In this document: in pieces, positions 42,712-43,603 of the stretch | How positions within the stretch are numbered: position 1 is the stretch's first letter | Layout: every line of letters begins with the position of its first letter | Virus record (IMG/VR): IMGVR_UViG_3300022862_000009 | Span: 1-43,603 of that record | Strand: one strand, 5' to 3' | DNA length: 43,603 bases | Source of the DNA: a virus | Lineage: Duplodnaviria > Caudoviricetes | Translations under genes and position numbers: made by a program | Notes under the pieces: model-generated | What the model was told of the DNA's origin: nothing | The model's database searches: none | The model's input: only the letters and a program-made list of their open reading frames with translations

Positions 42712-42905
42712 GCGTTCTTTTCGGGAAGCCCTTGGCCTGTTTGGAGTTTAGCTTTTTATAGGAGCATAAAATATCCAGGGCGCGCAAAACCTACGCTGCG
42801 AGCCCCGGTTTTAGGTTTGCATAAGCACAAAAAAGCGGATTATTTGCTTCATCAGGAATACCATTTTATCCTTTTAAAACAGGTGCTTAGGTTTCTACTG
42901 TTACA

Positions 42906-42953
42906 AGCATGGGGTGCTAGGGGTCGAGTGTTCGAATCACTCCGTCCCGACCA
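42906..42953 (+). repeat. att core: 3' half of tRNA-Pro(GGG), not an intact tRNA
   Basis: AGCATGGGGTGCTAGGGGTCGAGTGTTCGAATCACTCCGTCCCGACCA has anticodon arm, T-arm and CCA but no D-arm or 5' acceptor strand. Confidence 0.92.
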
Positions 42954-42980
42954 TTATTCCTGAGTAAAATCAGACAGTTA

Positions 42981-43006
42981 AGCCGATCAGATAGATCGGC
43001 TTTTTT
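42981..43006 (+). terminator. Intrinsic terminator downstream of the tRNA fragment
   Basis: AGCCGATC-AGATA-GATCGGCTTTTTT. Confidence 0.85.
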
Positions 43007-43196
43007 GTGCCTGCGCGAAGCTGCCTGGGATGTCGCTGGTATTCGGCTCAAGGGCTGTGTTCTGGCCAGTCGGGTTGCCACCTTCAGCTCTGGCAATTGC
43101 TCTGAAAATTTCCAACCGATTCATGTCTTTTTGTCGTCGGCCAGCGGGGCAGTCGGTTGGGCTTTCTCTTCGAATCAGCCTTGGCCCTTCAAGCCC

Positions 43197-43603
43197 TCAG
43201 GCGTTGGACAACTGAAACCGATAGCCCACGCCGTACAATGACTCGATGGGTGTTTCCCCTGGGCACGCCTGCTCCAGCTTGCGCCGTAGGTTGCGGATAT
43301 GACTGTCTACCGTACGGTCGGTGACCACGCGGTGGTCGGAGTAGAGCTTGTCGAGCAGTTGGTCGCGGGAAAATACCCGGCCGGCGGAGCGTGCAAAAGT
43401 GCTCAGAAGTCGCAACTCCAGAGGCGTGAGGTCCAAAGCGACGCCGTCGAGTGAAGCGCGGTACTGGGCTTCGTCGATCAGCAGTCGCGGTGGGGTGTTG
43501 CTCAGCAATTGGGGGCCACGGCGCAGGATGGCCTTGACCCTGGCAACCACCTCGCGGGGGCTGAAGGGCTTGCAGATGTAGTCGTCGGCGCCCAGGTCCA
43601 GGC
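43197..43603 (-). CDS. baeR: Host OmpR-family response regulator (BaeR-like); 5' part lies outside the window
   Basis: [28 protein letters not shown]...[17 protein letters not shown]...YGVGY. Confidence 0.85.
   Translation of the reverse strand, partial: LDLGADDYICKPFSPREVVARVKAILRRGPQLLSNTPPRLLIDEAQYRASLDGVALDLTPLELRLLSTFARSAGRVFSRDQLLDKLYSDHRVVTDRTVDSHIRNLRRKLEQACPGETPIESLYGVGYRFQLSNA

Larger units (their letters stand above)
1..42953. mobile_element. Lambdoid siphoviral prophage (HK97-type head, lambda-type tail) integrated at tRNA-Pro(GGG); left end lies outside the window
   Basis: Complete ordered set int-xis, cI/cro, replication, Q, terminase, portal, ClpP protease, capsid, tail and lysis; tRNA 3'-half duplicate at the right end, followed by a host-type regulator. 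Confidence 0.96.

Noticed and set aside
42880-42953. Intact tRNA-Pro gene
   Set aside because: The 5' acceptor strand and D-arm are missing; it is the att duplication

Overview
Almost the whole window (1 to about 42953) is a lambdoid, HK97/D3-type siphoviral prophage, probably from a Pseudomonas host. The integrase runs off the left edge. The right boundary is a duplicated 3' half of tRNA-Pro(GGG) at 42906-42953, followed by a host BaeR/OmpR-type response regulator. Gene order: int-xis; a leftward early operon interleaved with rightward cargo genes; the immunity region (cI/cro with five 17-bp operators and accessory genes downstream of cI); replication (O-like initiator and DnaC-like ATPase); VRR-NUC nuclease; a second, apparently intact tyrosine recombinase; Q/pR'; holin; HNH; terminase; HK97-type head; lambda-type tail with a -1 frameshift; tail fibre; GH19 endolysin and Rz/Rz1; a DNA adenine methylase; and a LexA-boxed SRAP operon. 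Most unusual observations: (i) a three-unit array of convergent gene pairs (5245-8025) whose junctions are built from shuffled repeat modules meeting at a shared TATTA box; (ii) a lipoprotein consisting only of a TonB C-terminal domain, which has displaced a DNA methyltransferase; (iii) a relic tRNA-Val(GAC) att core about 0.7 kb inside the present tRNA-Pro att; (iv) several candidate non-coding RNAs, including an OOP/Sar-like antisense RNA and a hairpin with an SD/anti-SD loop. All calls come from reading motifs by eye; no database search was run.
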